From the NCBI GenBank assembly GCA_902524895.1, contig CABZFH010000001.1:254172-318171 (forward strand): a DNA stretch of 64,000 bases, in the 5' to 3' direction. Position 1 is the first letter of the stretch. Each line of letters begins with the position of its first letter. Shown piece by piece: positions 10,373-20,914 of the stretch. Both the position numbers and the translations under genes were made by a program. The notes under the pieces were generated by a model that ran no database searches, was not told the DNA's origin, and saw nothing but the letters and a program-made list of their open reading frames with translations. This DNA comes from an uncultured Alphaproteobacteria bacterium (GTDB lineage: Bacteria > Pseudomonadota > Alphaproteobacteria > Methylaequorales > Methylaequoraceae).

Positions 10373-11401
10373 ATGTTGATAACAAACAAAATGGATAAAT
10401 CTTTTTCTTCTCGTTCTGTCCCGATATGGTTTATGAGACAAGCTGGTCGATATTTGCCTGAATACCATATATTGAGAAACAAAGAAAGATCATTTTTGAA
10501 GACTTGTTTTAATCCAGAGGTTGCTGCGGAAATTTCTCTTCAACCTATAACTCGCTTTGATTTTGATTTCATTATTTTATTCGCTGATATATTGGTAATT
10601 CCACACGCCTTAGGACAAAATGTAGATTTCGTAAATGGTATCGGGCCAGTGTTAGACAAATTTGAATTGAATAGAAACAACTGTAATTCCGATAAAAAAG
10701 CTTTGAAAATTTTATCTCCAATATTTGAAACTATAAAAATTATCAAAAATAAGTCATTACCAAAAAAAATAATAGGGTTTTGTGGGGGTCCTTTTACTGT
10801 TTTAACTTACATGGTTGAACGAGGATCATCACGGGATCACAAGAAAATATTAAATTTTATTAAAAATAAGCCAAATTTGACAAGAGATTGGATTAAAAAG
10901 ATAACAGAAATATCAATAAAATATTTATTAGAACAAATAAAAGCTGGTGCTGATTTAATAAAAGTGTTTGATTCGTGGGCTGGATTATTAAAAGAGAAAG
11001 AATATGAAGAATATATTATAAAACCAAATAAAGAAATATTTGAAGGAATCAAGAAAGAAAGAAAGAAAACAAAAACTATATTTTTTCCAAGAAGATCTAA
11101 AAAATTTATTGATATTTTTTTGAGAGAAATAAATTGTGATGTCATATCAATAGATCAACATCTAAGTAAAAAAAACATGGACTATTGTCGAAAAAAGGAA
11201 ATTACAATTCAAGGTAATTTAAGTCCAGAACTATTATTCGCAGGTGGAAAGAAAATGGATGAAGAAGTAAAAAAAATTATGGAAAAATATAAAAACAATA
11301 AGCATATTTTTAATTTATCGCATGGAGTTTTACCTAACACTCCATTAGAAAATGTAAAACAGGTAGTGAAGCAAGTAAAGAATTATGAATTTACCGATTG
11401 A
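10373..11401 (+). CDS. hemE: Uroporphyrinogen decarboxylase
   Basis: 342 aa. PIWFMRQAGRYLPEY signature. Confidence 0.9.
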   Translation: MLITNKMDKSFSSRSVPIWFMRQAGRYLPEYHILRNKERSFLKTCFNPEVAAEISLQPITRFDFDFIILFADILVIPHALGQNVDFVNGIGPVLDKFELNRNNCNSDKKALKILSPIFETIKIIKNKSLPKKIIGFCGGPFTVLTYMVERGSSRDHKKILNFIKNKPNLTRDWIKKITEISIKYLLEQIKAGADLIKVFDSWAGLLKEKEYEEYIIKPNKEIFEGIKKERKKTKTIFFPRRSKKFIDIFLREINCDVISIDQHLSKKNMDYCRKKEITIQGNLSPELLFAGGKKMDEEVKKIMEKYKNNKHIFNLSHGVLPNTPLENVKQVVKQVKNYEFTD

Positions 11402-12389
11402 ACATCCAAAAATACCAGAATTTAAAACAGGAGTATTACTGGTAAATTTAGGGACACCAGATTCTACAAAGTGGTTGGATATTAGACGATATTTAAAAGA
11501 GTTTTTGTCAGATAGGAGAGTTATTGAAGTAAATCCACTATTGTGGAAAATTATTTTGAACTTGATAATTCTCACGTTTCGACCCGCGAAAACGGCGAAG
11601 GCATATAAAAAAATATGGTTAAAAAAAGAAAATATGTCGCCTTTACGATATTATACTATACAGCAAACAAACAAACTGAAAAAATCTTTGAAAAACAGTT
11701 CACTTATAATTGACTATGCTATGAGATATGGAAATCCAAGTATTCGAGGAAAAATCGAAAATTTAAAAAAAAAAGGCTGTGAAAAATTAATAATATTACC
11801 ACTATATCCACAGTATGCAGCGGCAACTACGGCAACAGTATGTGACGAAGTTTATAGAAGTTTAATGAAGATGAGATGGCAACCGAGTGTTCAAATAATA
11901 CCACATTATGAATCAGAGCCGTTGTACATAAAAGCTTTAGTTAAAAGTATAGAAAAAAAGATAAAAGAAATAAAATGGACTCCTGAAGTTATAATAGCTT
12001 CTTATCATGGAATACCGAATAGTTATTTCAAAAAAGGGGATCCTTATCATTGTTATTGTCATAAAACAACACGACTAATGACAGAAAAATTAAAAAAAAA
12101 AATACCTATCATAACAACTTTTCAGTCAAGATTTGGACCAGAAGAGTGGTTAAAACCTTATACAGATAAAACATTAGAAAAATTGCCATCAGAGGGAAGA
12201 AAAAAAGTATTATTAATATGTCCAGGGTTTTCGTCAGACTGCGTAGAAACATTAGAAGAAATTTCAATTGAGGGAAAAGAGACTTTTTTAGAGTCAGGCG
12301 GAAAAAATTTTGAAGTAATACCATGTTTAAATGATAATAAAGATCATATTTCACTATTTAAACATTTAGTTGGACAAACAATAAAGTAA
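11385..12389 (+). CDS. hemH: Ferrochelatase
   Basis: 334 aa. GVLLVNLGTPDS; LPLYPQYAAATT. Confidence 0.9.
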   Translation: MNLPIEHPKIPEFKTGVLLVNLGTPDSTKWLDIRRYLKEFLSDRRVIEVNPLLWKIILNLIILTFRPAKTAKAYKKIWLKKENMSPLRYYTIQQTNKLKKSLKNSSLIIDYAMRYGNPSIRGKIENLKKKGCEKLIILPLYPQYAAATTATVCDEVYRSLMKMRWQPSVQIIPHYESEPLYIKALVKSIEKKIKEIKWTPEVIIASYHGIPNSYFKKGDPYHCYCHKTTRLMTEKLKKKIPIITTFQSRFGPEEWLKPYTDKTLEKLPSEGRKKVLLICPGFSSDCVETLEEISIEGKETFLESGGKNFEVIPCLNDNKDHISLFKHLVGQTIK

Positions 12390-12397
12390 AAATCAGG

Positions 12398-12838
12398 TTG
12401 GATATACAAACTAAATATAATATTTTAAAAGCACTTCATCTGATTTTTTTTACAACGTGGATGGCTGGATTATTTTATTTACCAAGATTATTTGTTTATC
12501 ATGCTGAGGAATCAATAAAAACAAAACAATACGCAACCTTTACAACTATGGAAAGGAAACTCTACAAATACATTATGAATCCCTCATTAATAGGCACTTG
12601 GATTTTTGGTATAATTTTAACAATATTAACCGAAGCCCATGTTTATGTATGGTTTATTATAAAATTTCTCTGTGTTTGTCTTTTAACAGCATTCCATGTT
12701 TATTGTGGAAAAATAAGAAAAGAATTTGAAATAGGCAATAATTCAAAAACATCAAAATATTATAGAATTATAAATGAAATACCGACTATATTATTTATCT
12801 TAATAATATACGCAGTGATTTTTAAACCACTAGTTTGA
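12398..12838 (+). CDS. hemJ: Protoporphyrinogen IX oxidase HemJ-type membrane protein
   Basis: 146 aa, 4 TM helices. LKALHLIFFTTWMAGLFYLPRLFVYHA matches the HemJ (UPF0093) signature. Directly downstream of hemE-hemH. Confidence 0.7.
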   Translation: MDIQTKYNILKALHLIFFTTWMAGLFYLPRLFVYHAEESIKTKQYATFTTMERKLYKYIMNPSLIGTWIFGIILTILTEAHVYVWFIIKFLCVCLLTAFHVYCGKIRKEFEIGNNSKTSKYYRIINEIPTILFILIIYAVIFKPLV

Positions 12839-12912
12839 CAAAAGTAAGAAAAATTTATAATATTTAAATTCCTACTATTATTTTATTCCTAAACCTCTAA
12901 TATTTTCCTATA

Positions 12913-14169
12913 ATGCATCTCAAAGATTTAAAGCAAAAAAATCCCTCAGAACTTTTAAAAATTGCAGAAGATTTAAAGATAGAAAATGCAAGCTCGTTGA
13001 GGAAGCAAGATATGATTTTTGCTATATTGAAACAAATGGCAGAAAATGGTACAGCTATCTTTGGTGAAGGAGTTTTAGAAATACTTCAAGATGGATTCGG
13101 CTTTCTTAGATCTCCTGAAGCAAATTATCTTCCTGGACCTGATGATATTTATCTTTCTCCTTCTCAAATAAAAATAAACAGTTTGCGGACAGGAGATACA
13201 GTTGAAGGAGAAATGAGATCTCCTCGAGAAACAGAAAGATATTTCGCTATAACTAAAATAGATAAAATTAATTTTGATTCTGTCGAGAAGGCAAAGCAAC
13301 GAATAAATTTTGACAATCTAACACCTCTTTATCCAGAGGAAAAAATTAATATGGAAATAGAAGATCCAGCAAAAAAAGATATAACAAATAGAGTTATGGA
13401 TCTTATCGCACCATTGGGGAAAGGACAAAGAGCTCTAATAGTTGCACCGCCAAGAACGGGGAAAACAGTTATGTTACAAAATATTGCTCATTCAATAACG
13501 ACCAATCATCCCGAAACTTATTTAATAGTTTTATTAATAGACGAGCGGCCAGAAGAAGTCACAGATATGATTAGATCAGTTAACGGTGAAGTGGTTTCTT
13601 CAACGTTTGATGAACCCGCTGTTAGACACGTTGCTGTTGCTGAAATGGTTATATCTAAAGCGAAAAGACTTGTTGAACACAAAAGAGATGTAATTATTCT
13701 TTTAGACTCAATAACTCGATTGGCCAGAGCTTACAACACTCAAGTTCCAAGCTCTGGGAAAGTTTTAACAGGTGGTGTGGATGCGAATGCTTTACAGCGA
13801 CCTAAAAGGTTTTTCGGAGCAGCGAGAAATATAGAAGAAGGAGGATCGTTAACTATCATTGGAACTGCTTTGGTTGACACAGGGTCTAGAATGGATGAAG
13901 TAATTTTTGAGGAATTTAAAGGAACAGGAAACTCCGAAATTATACTAGATAGAAAACTTTCAGATAAGAGAGTTTTTCCTTCTATTGACGTAACAAAATC
14001 AGGCACTAGAAAAGAAGAATTATTGGTTGATAAAGATGCATTATCTAAAATGTGGGTTCTGAGAAAAATATTGTTACCTATGGGAGTTATAGATTCAATG
14101 GAATTTTTGATTGAAAAAATTAAAAACTCTAAAACCAACTCAGATTTCTTTGAATCAATGAATAGTTAA
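12913..14169 (+). CDS. rho: Transcription termination factor Rho
   Basis: 418 aa. N-terminal RNA-binding domain; Walker A APPRTGKT; RecA-like core. Confidence 0.95.
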   Translation: MHLKDLKQKNPSELLKIAEDLKIENASSLRKQDMIFAILKQMAENGTAIFGEGVLEILQDGFGFLRSPEANYLPGPDDIYLSPSQIKINSLRTGDTVEGEMRSPRETERYFAITKIDKINFDSVEKAKQRINFDNLTPLYPEEKINMEIEDPAKKDITNRVMDLIAPLGKGQRALIVAPPRTGKTVMLQNIAHSITTNHPETYLIVLLIDERPEEVTDMIRSVNGEVVSSTFDEPAVRHVAVAEMVISKAKRLVEHKRDVIILLDSITRLARAYNTQVPSSGKVLTGGVDANALQRPKRFFGAARNIEEGGSLTIIGTALVDTGSRMDEVIFEEFKGTGNSEIILDRKLSDKRVFPSIDVTKSGTRKEELLVDKDALSKMWVLRKILLPMGVIDSMEFLIEKIKNSKTNSDFFESMNS

Positions 14170-14209
14170 TTCAAACTTTTCATATTTATATAATTTCATA
14201 CAATTTATT

Positions 14210-15601
14210 ATGGCTAATAAAGACAAAAGTATATTTGCTCTGTCTACCCCATGGGGCACCTCAGGAATTTCTGTAATAAGAGTATCAGGGAAAGGATGTC
14301 GTAATTTAGTAAAGACGATGTGCTCAATCAAAAGCCCTAAACCTAGATATATTTATAATTGTAACTTAAAAGACAAGCAAAGAAACATAATTGATAATAT
14401 AATGGTGGTTTATTTTAATTCACCAAAATCTTTTACTGGGGAAGATATGCTAGAGTTATATACTCATGGAAGCATAGCGGTAATAAAAAGAGTTTTATCA
14501 GAGCTTAGCTACTTGCCAAACCTCGAACCAGCCCAACCAGGTGAATTTTTGAAAAGAGCATATTTCAACAACAAAATTAGCCTGATCCAAGCTGAAGGCA
14601 TAAATCATTTAATCAAATCTGAGACAGAGAAGCAAAGAATAGTATCTTCGAATATGTCTTTTAATGGGACAACCAGTTTATGTAAAAAGATTAAAGAGGA
14701 CATTACATACATTGGAGCTCTTGTTGATGCAACAATTGAGTTTTCAGAAGAAGACGAAAGTACACAAAAAAGTAATATTGAAAAATTAATTTTTAAAATT
14801 ATAAAAGAGCTCGAAAGTCAGTTAAAAGGTATTGAGACAACTAGAAAGATTTTTAATGGTTTAAATATAATCGTTTTTGGCCCACCAAATGTCGGAAAAT
14901 CCTCTTTATTTAATCTCATTACTAATAGTGATAATTCAATTGTTACTTCCAAAGCAGGAACAACTAGAGACTTAATACAAATTGCTTTAGACGTAGAGGG
15001 ATACAAAGTAAGCTTCACAGATACTGCTGGTCTTAGACATACAAAAGATGACATTGAATTAATTGGTATAAAAAGAACAACAAAAAAAATAGAATCAGAA
15101 GATAAATTAATGCTGGTATTGTCTCCAGACTCTTACAATAAAAAAAATGTAAAATCTTTAAAAGATCTTTTCAATAAAATTACTAAAAAAGAAATCATAA
15201 TAATTTTTAATAAGGAAGACCTGTTAAATTTTAAAATGTCGCAGAAAAAATGGTTTGACGCGTTACCTTTTTTAAAAAAAACTCGTTTTATAACAACAAA
15301 TTGTGTAGATAAAAAAACAAAGCACAAAATGTTGAGAAAAATCTCTAAGTTTGTAAAAAACGAATTTATTGAAAAAGAAAAAGCAAATGATAATAACTTG
15401 TTTTTTGCTGAATATAGGCACGAAGCACATTTAAAGAAATGCTTGAAATTTTTAAAATCAAGCTATAATCTTTTAAAAAAAGTTGAGTTGTGTTCTGAAG
15501 AACTAAGACTGGCCCTCAAAGAGATAGAGAGTATAGAGGGAAATGTAGATAGAGAAACTAAACTTGACATAATATTTAACAAATTTTGTATTGGTAAATA
15601 A
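14210..15601 (+). CDS. mnmE: tRNA modification GTPase MnmE
   Basis: 463 aa. G1 GPPNVGKSSLFN, DTAGLR; C-terminal CIGK. Confidence 0.9.
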   Translation: MANKDKSIFALSTPWGTSGISVIRVSGKGCRNLVKTMCSIKSPKPRYIYNCNLKDKQRNIIDNIMVVYFNSPKSFTGEDMLELYTHGSIAVIKRVLSELSYLPNLEPAQPGEFLKRAYFNNKISLIQAEGINHLIKSETEKQRIVSSNMSFNGTTSLCKKIKEDITYIGALVDATIEFSEEDESTQKSNIEKLIFKIIKELESQLKGIETTRKIFNGLNIIVFGPPNVGKSSLFNLITNSDNSIVTSKAGTTRDLIQIALDVEGYKVSFTDTAGLRHTKDDIELIGIKRTTKKIESEDKLMLVLSPDSYNKKNVKSLKDLFNKITKKEIIIIFNKEDLLNFKMSQKKWFDALPFLKKTRFITTNCVDKKTKHKMLRKISKFVKNEFIEKEKANDNNLFFAEYRHEAHLKKCLKFLKSSYNLLKKVELCSEELRLALKEIESIEGNVDRETKLDIIFNKFCIGK

Positions 15602-17461
15602 ATGTTTCACGTGAAACAAAAATTTTATGATGTTGTTATTTTGGGCGGTGGTCATGCAGGAGTAGAAGCGGCGGCAGCAGCATCAAAAATAGGTGCAAAA
15701 ACTGCGCTAATTACTTTCTCTAGAAAAGATTTGGGCGCAATGTCGTGTAACCCTGCTATGGGAGGGCTAGGTAAAGGACATTTGATTAGAGAAATTGATG
15801 CTTTAGGTGGAATTATCGGACAAGCCTCTGATATCTCTGGAATTCAATTCAGAGTGTTGAACAGAACCAAAGGCGAGGCTGTTCAGGGGCCCAGAGCTCA
15901 AATTGATAGAAATAAGTACAAAAAAGCAGTTTCAGGGTTACTTAAAACCTTAACAATTTTTGAGGATGAAATTGAAGAAATACATTTGGAAAAAAACATT
16001 AGAAAAGTTAGGTCAGTCAAGCTGAAGGAACTTGGAAATTTGAATTGTCAATCACTAATAGTTACAACTGGAACATTTTTGAATGGGTTGATCCATTGTG
16101 GACAAAAAAGTTGGTCAGCGGGTAGGCTCGGAGCAAAAGCTACGACTAAGTTAGCAAAGTTTTTTCTAAAAGAGAAGTTTGTAATTAGGCGTCTAAAGAC
16201 AGGAACTCCTCCAAGACTTTCAGGTAGTTCAATTAATTTTAAAAAGTGTATAGAACAAAAAGGTGATTCTCAGCCAGTTCCTTTCTCTTTTTTAACTGAA
16301 GAGTTAAGATTAAAACAGAAGTCATGTTTTATTACTAAAACAAATGAAACCACCCACAAAATAATACGGTCTAATATCTATAAATCTCCCATGTATAACG
16401 GCAAAATAAAAAGCAAAGGTCCAAGATATTGTCCCTCAATTGAAGATAAAGTTCAAAGATTTAAAGATAGAATAAGTCATCAGATTTTTTTAGAACCAGA
16501 AACGGAGGCTGGGAATATAATTTATCCAAATGGAATATCTACTGCTTTGCCACCTAATGTCCAAAAGAAATTTCTCAGAAGCATAAATGGCTTAGAAGAA
16601 GTTCAAATTTTAAAAGATGGTTATGCCATAGAATACGACACAATTGATAGCAAAGAATTAAAAAATACTTATGAAACAAAAAAAATAGAAGGATTATATC
16701 TGGCAGGACAGATAAATGGATCAACAGGATATGAAGAAGCTGCTGGACAAGGTTTGTTAGCGGGCATAAATGCTGCTAACAAAGTGTTAGGAAAAAAAAG
16801 TTTTGTTCTGGGAAGATCAGATGCGTATCTTGGGGTGCTTACAAGTGATCTTATGAAAGGAGGGTTAGTTGAACCATATAGGATGTTCACTTCAAGAGCA
16901 GAATATAGATTAACATTAAGGGCAGATAATGCAGATTACAGATTAACCGATAAAGCAATAAATTTGGGATTAGCTTGTAAAGATCGCTCGAAAAAATGGA
17001 TTAAGAGAAAGAAAGCGTTGGAGACAGGAACTAAACTATTAAGACAAAACTATGCAACTCCTCATAAAATAAAAGCTAAAGGACTGGACATAAACCAAGA
17101 CGGTAAAAAAAGAAGCGCGTATGAAGTTTTAGGATATAATAATAGTAATTGGCCATTAATCACCTCGATTTGGCCACAATTAAAAAAATTAAACATATCA
17201 GAAAAAGAAAAAGATCAAATAAGAATCACGGCTTTCTATGAAAAATATGTAGAGAGACAAATGGGAGAAATCGAAGAATTAAAAAAAGAAGCCGGATTAA
17301 AATTTAAAGGTAATTTTAATGTAAAAGATTGCGCTGGGCTATCTAATGAAGTTAAAGAGATATTGTTAAAAAATTCACCCAAAACTCTTGGAGAAGCTTC
17401 CTTGTTGCCAGGAATGACCCCTTCTGCTACCTCTTTATTATTGAAACACACAAAGAAATAA
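15602..17461 (+). CDS. mnmG: tRNA uridine 5-carboxymethylaminomethyl modification enzyme MnmG (GidA)
   Basis: 619 aa. FAD motif DVVILGGGHAGVEAA; GidA family. Confidence 0.95.
   Translation: MFHVKQKFYDVVILGGGHAGVEAAAAASKIGAKTALITFSRKDLGAMSCNPAMGGLGKGHLIREIDALGGIIGQASDISGIQFRVLNRTKGEAVQGPRAQIDRNKYKKAVSGLLKTLTIFEDEIEEIHLEKNIRKVRSVKLKELGNLNCQSLIVTTGTFLNGLIHCGQKSWSAGRLGAKATTKLAKFFLKEKFVIRRLKTGTPPRLSGSSINFKKCIEQKGDSQPVPFSFLTEELRLKQKSCFITKTNETTHKIIRSNIYKSPMYNGKIKSKGPRYCPSIEDKVQRFKDRISHQIFLEPETEAGNIIYPNGISTALPPNVQKKFLRSINGLEEVQILKDGYAIEYDTIDSKELKNTYETKKIEGLYLAGQINGSTGYEEAAGQGLLAGINAANKVLGKKSFVLGRSDAYLGVLTSDLMKGGLVEPYRMFTSRAEYRLTLRADNADYRLTDKAINLGLACKDRSKKWIKRKKALETGTKLLRQNYATPHKIKAKGLDINQDGKKRSAYEVLGYNNSNWPLITSIWPQLKKLNISEKEKDQIRITAFYEKYVERQMGEIEELKKEAGLKFKGNFNVKDCAGLSNEVKEILLKNSPKTLGEASLLPGMTPSATSLLLKHTKK
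15603..15618. promoter_or_regulatory. parS centromere-like site (TGTTTCACGTGAAACA)
   Basis: Perfect 16-bp palindrome matching the canonical ParB-binding parS consensus. Overlaps the mnmG start codon. Confidence 0.8.
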
Positions 17462-17464
17462 GCA

Positions 17465-18133
17465 GTGGCCGAAGTTTTTTATCAAAAAGAAGCATTTAAA
17501 TTAACATACAATGTTTCACGTGAAACAATGAGCAAATTTGAGAAATATGAAGATATTTTGAAGGCCTCACAAAAAAAATTTAATCTGATTGGTAAAAGTA
17601 CTGAGAATAAAATATGGGCACGACATTTTTATGATTCAGCTTTTTCATGCAAGTTTGTGTTGGAAATAATTGGTAGAACTGAGAAGAAAAAGTTAAGTTT
17701 GGTAGATGTAGGCTCAGGAGCAGGCTTTCCGGGTTTGGTAATTGCACTGATGTGCCAAAAAATTTCTAATGTTTCGTTCACACTTATAGAATCAAACAAA
17801 AAAAAGGCTTCTTTTTTAGAAAGTATTGTTTCTCTTCTTGGGCTAAAAGTAAAAGTCATAAATAGTAGGGCGGAAGAACAGAAAAAGAAGTTCGATCTCA
17901 TTACAGCTCGTGCAGTCGCTCCACTTAATAAGTTGGTAAAGTTAGTAAGTAAAATTTCAAAAAAAGACTCTATTTTACTTGCATTCAAAGGACAGAGTTG
18001 GGAGGAAGAAGTTAGATTATTAAAAAAAGAGTGGAATTATAAAAGTTTAATTGTTAAAAATAATATTGATCTTGAAAAGTCTAGAGGTGTGTTATTGTTA
18101 ATCGATTCTGTCTCAAAAAAAAGTAGGCCTTAA
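17465..18133 (+). CDS. rsmG: 16S rRNA (guanine527-N7)-methyltransferase RsmG (GidB)
   Basis: 222 aa. SAM motif VDVGSGAGFPGLVIA. True start may be an internal Met near 17528. Confidence 0.85.
   Translation: MAEVFYQKEAFKLTYNVSRETMSKFEKYEDILKASQKKFNLIGKSTENKIWARHFYDSAFSCKFVLEIIGRTEKKKLSLVDVGSGAGFPGLVIALMCQKISNVSFTLIESNKKKASFLESIVSLLGLKVKVINSRAEEQKKKFDLITARAVAPLNKLVKLVSKISKKDSILLAFKGQSWEEEVRLLKKEWNYKSLIVKNNIDLEKSRGVLLLIDSVSKKSRP
17512..17527. promoter_or_regulatory. parS centromere-like site (TGTTTCACGTGAAACA)
   Basis: Second identical perfect 16-bp palindrome, inside the 5' end of rsmG. Confidence 0.8.
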
Positions 18134-18924
18134 TGAGAACAGTTTTTTCAATTGTAAACCAAAAAGGTGGTGTAGGTAAAACTACGACAGCTATTAACCT
18201 AGCCACTGCACTTTCAATAAGTGGAAAATCTTGTTTGGTAATAGATTTAGATCCACAAGGCAATGCAAGCACTGGATTTTCGATAACATCTGAGCAGAGA
18301 ACACCTGGTTCTTACGAAGTTTTAATGCAGAAATGTAATATTTTAGATGTTATTAGACCAACAGAAGTTTCAGGCTTAGGTCTTATTCCATCTAGAGTTG
18401 AGCTTTCAAGCGTTGAGCAAGAACTAATAAAATTTCAGGATAGAGAGTTTTTACTTAAAAAGGCCATTGATTCACTCCCAGATAGATATGATTCAGTTAT
18501 TATTGACTGCCCTCCTGGTTTGGGCTTTTTAACAACAAATGCCCTAGTTGCCTCTGACAAAGTGTTAATTCCATTACAGTGTGAGTTTTTCGCACTCGAG
18601 GGTTTAAGCCAAATTTTGAGAGTAATTAAAAAGGTAAAATTAGAACTAAACTCTAATTTAAATCTGGATGGAATATTGTTAACAATGTATGATCCTAGAA
18701 ATAAATTAAGTTTTCAAGTAGAGGAAGATGTGAGAGAGGTCATGGGGTCGATAGTATACAAAACTATCATTCCTAGAAATATAAAAATTTCGGAATCTCC
18801 TTCACATGGAAAACCTGTTTTATTATACGATCACAAATGTATTGGATCAGAGGCATATGTTAATTTAGCTGCTGAGGTTCTTAAAAGAGGAAGTTTTGGT
18901 GGACTAGCAAAAAGTAAAAGATAA
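18133..18924 (+). CDS. parA: Chromosome partitioning ATPase ParA
   Basis: 263 aa. Deviant Walker A NQKGGVGKTTTAINLA. Confidence 0.9.
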   Translation: MRTVFSIVNQKGGVGKTTTAINLATALSISGKSCLVIDLDPQGNASTGFSITSEQRTPGSYEVLMQKCNILDVIRPTEVSGLGLIPSRVELSSVEQELIKFQDREFLLKKAIDSLPDRYDSVIIDCPPGLGFLTTNALVASDKVLIPLQCEFFALEGLSQILRVIKKVKLELNSNLNLDGILLTMYDPRNKLSFQVEEDVREVMGSIVYKTIIPRNIKISESPSHGKPVLLYDHKCIGSEAYVNLAAEVLKRGSFGGLAKSKR

Positions 18925-18936
18925 GGAGTTTAGTCG

Positions 18937-19911
18937 ATGAAAAAAAAAATAAAAGCAAAAAGAAAGTTAGGAATGGGACTGTCATCATTATTGGTTAAAG
19001 ACGAGGCACTTTCAATGATCGTAAAAAAGCAAGGAAGGCCACCAAAAAAAATATTACCAGGAAATTACAAAGACAATTTAAAAAAATATGAACTGAAACC
19101 TGAGAAAGGTGTTTCCCAAGATGTTGTCCCGACCCATACCTTAGTTCCTGGAAAATTTCAGCCAAGAAAAGATTTCAATTCTCAGGATATTGAAGAGCTT
19201 TCAGAATCAATAAAAGAAAACGGAATTTTGCAACCAATACTCGTTAGACCACTTAATTCACGTGGGAAAAGTTTTGAAATTATCGCTGGGGAAAGAAGAT
19301 GGAGAGCAGCTCAAGTAGCAAATCTTCATGAAGTACCAGTAATCGTCAGATCCTTTGATGATGAGACAGCATTGGGAGTAGCAATGGTAGAAAATTTACA
19401 GAGATCAGATTTAAACTTAATCGAAGAAGCTGACGGATACAGACTGCTAATGAGTAAATTTCAATATACTCAAGAAAAACTCTCTTCTCACCTAGGAAAA
19501 AGTCGAAGTCATGTAGCTAATGTGTTAAGACTTCTTTCTTTATCAAAAAAAATAAAAAACCATCTTATTCATGGAGATCTTACTTACGGTCATGTTAGAT
19601 CTCTTTTATCTCTTTCCGAAGATGATGCTAACCAAGTTGCATCACAAGCAATTGACAAGGGCATGAGCGTTAGGGAAATTGAAAAATTTGTTAAAAAGCT
19701 TAAGAATGCCAGCATTATCGTTAAAAATACTAAAACTAACTATTCTGACGATCCTAATATAGAATATTTAGAAAAAGAATTGACAGTTTTACTTGGATTG
19801 AAAGTCACAATTAAAAATAATATGAAAAATAAGGGTTATCTTTCAATACATTATAACAGTTTAGATCAATTGGATCCAATCATCGACAAGTTAAAATGGA
19901 GACCAAAGTAA
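18937..19911 (+). CDS. parB: Chromosome partitioning protein ParB
   Basis: 324 aa. ParB box GERRWRAA; HTH; C-terminal dimerisation region. Confidence 0.9.
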   Translation: MKKKIKAKRKLGMGLSSLLVKDEALSMIVKKQGRPPKKILPGNYKDNLKKYELKPEKGVSQDVVPTHTLVPGKFQPRKDFNSQDIEELSESIKENGILQPILVRPLNSRGKSFEIIAGERRWRAAQVANLHEVPVIVRSFDDETALGVAMVENLQRSDLNLIEEADGYRLLMSKFQYTQEKLSSHLGKSRSHVANVLRLLSLSKKIKNHLIHGDLTYGHVRSLLSLSEDDANQVASQAIDKGMSVREIEKFVKKLKNASIIVKNTKTNYSDDPNIEYLEKELTVLLGLKVTIKNNMKNKGYLSIHYNSLDQLDPIIDKLKWRPK

Positions 19912-19915
19912 AAAA

Positions 19916-20914
19916 TTAGAATTTGAGCTTGTAAGCAAGTTTAGCTATAGAAAAAAAAACAAAGTCTATGGAGTCAAAGTCTGATTGAGTTTTTAACTTT
20001 TTTTCTATGTAAAAAAGTTTTTTAAGAGTTCCTTGAATTAATGTAATTGTCCAAAATTTGGATTGAGTAAAAAACTCCTCTTGATATTTAAAAAAAATTG
20101 GTGGTTTAAGAGATTTAAGAGCAGTTTGTCTAGAGCCAATCAATTGATATTTTTCTTTGAAATAAATTAACTTGTAAAAATGATTAACTAAAGAATTAAC
20201 AACAACTATATTTGAAAAATTATTTCTTTTTTTTAATCTAAGTAGAATATCGAGGGTTTTTAATTTACCAGATACTATTGCGTAGATTAGGTTTTCAAGC
20301 TCAAAACTTTTATTAGTATTTGTAATCTTTAAAAATGATTCTTCATCAAGTTCTTGATTGGTTTTTAAGAAAATCACTATTTTCTCAATTTCATTTGAGA
20401 TATTACTTCTATTTTGATGAAAAAAAATAACCATAAAGTTTAACAAATTTTCACTGATTTTTAAATTTTCTAACCTCAGGGTTTTCATTATTATCTTTTT
20501 TATTTCATCTTGATTATTTTCATAGCATGGTAAACAAGCATATTCAGGGCTTTTTTCAAAAAATGATCGAAATTTGCTATTTTTTTTTAACTCCGCTGCT
20601 GTAAATATAATTCTGGTATTATTTATATTATTTAAATTTATTTTTTTAATTTTTTGGAAAACTTTTTCAGGGTAAGGAACATTGATTATAAATAAGTTTT
20701 TTTGGGCAAAAATATCATGATTAGAAATCTCTTGTTCTAATATGTCAACTTGTTCCAAATTTGAAAAATCTAGAAAGTGTCTAGTATACTGTTCAAAAAT
20801 TGACGAAATATAATTCAAATACAAGTTATTTTTTTCATAATTTGGACCATAAATAAGAAAACATGATATTTCTTTAAACGAAACTGTTAAATTTTCTATA
20901 TTTTTAAAAATCAT
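19916..20914 (-). CDS. holA: DNA polymerase III delta subunit (HolA-like)
   Basis: 332 aa. Position in the conserved leuS-lptE-holA operon convergent with parB. Weak similarity by eye, context-driven call. Confidence 0.55.
   Translation of the reverse strand: MIFKNIENLTVSFKEISCFLIYGPNYEKNNLYLNYISSIFEQYTRHFLDFSNLEQVDILEQEISNHDIFAQKNLFIINVPYPEKVFQKIKKINLNNINNTRIIFTAAELKKNSKFRSFFEKSPEYACLPCYENNQDEIKKIIMKTLRLENLKISENLLNFMVIFFHQNRSNISNEIEKIVIFLKTNQELDEESFLKITNTNKSFELENLIYAIVSGKLKTLDILLRLKKRNNFSNIVVVNSLVNHFYKLIYFKEKYQLIGSRQTALKSLKPPIFFKYQEEFFTQSKFWTITLIQGTLKKLFYIEKKLKTQSDFDSIDFVFFSIAKLAYKLKF

Noticed and set aside
17465-17527. Annotating 17465 as the true rsmG start
   Set aside because: The first about 20 codons overlap the parS palindrome and the mnmG stop region. 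An internal Met (about 17528) is at least as plausible. The ORF-track start is kept only as a maximal frame.
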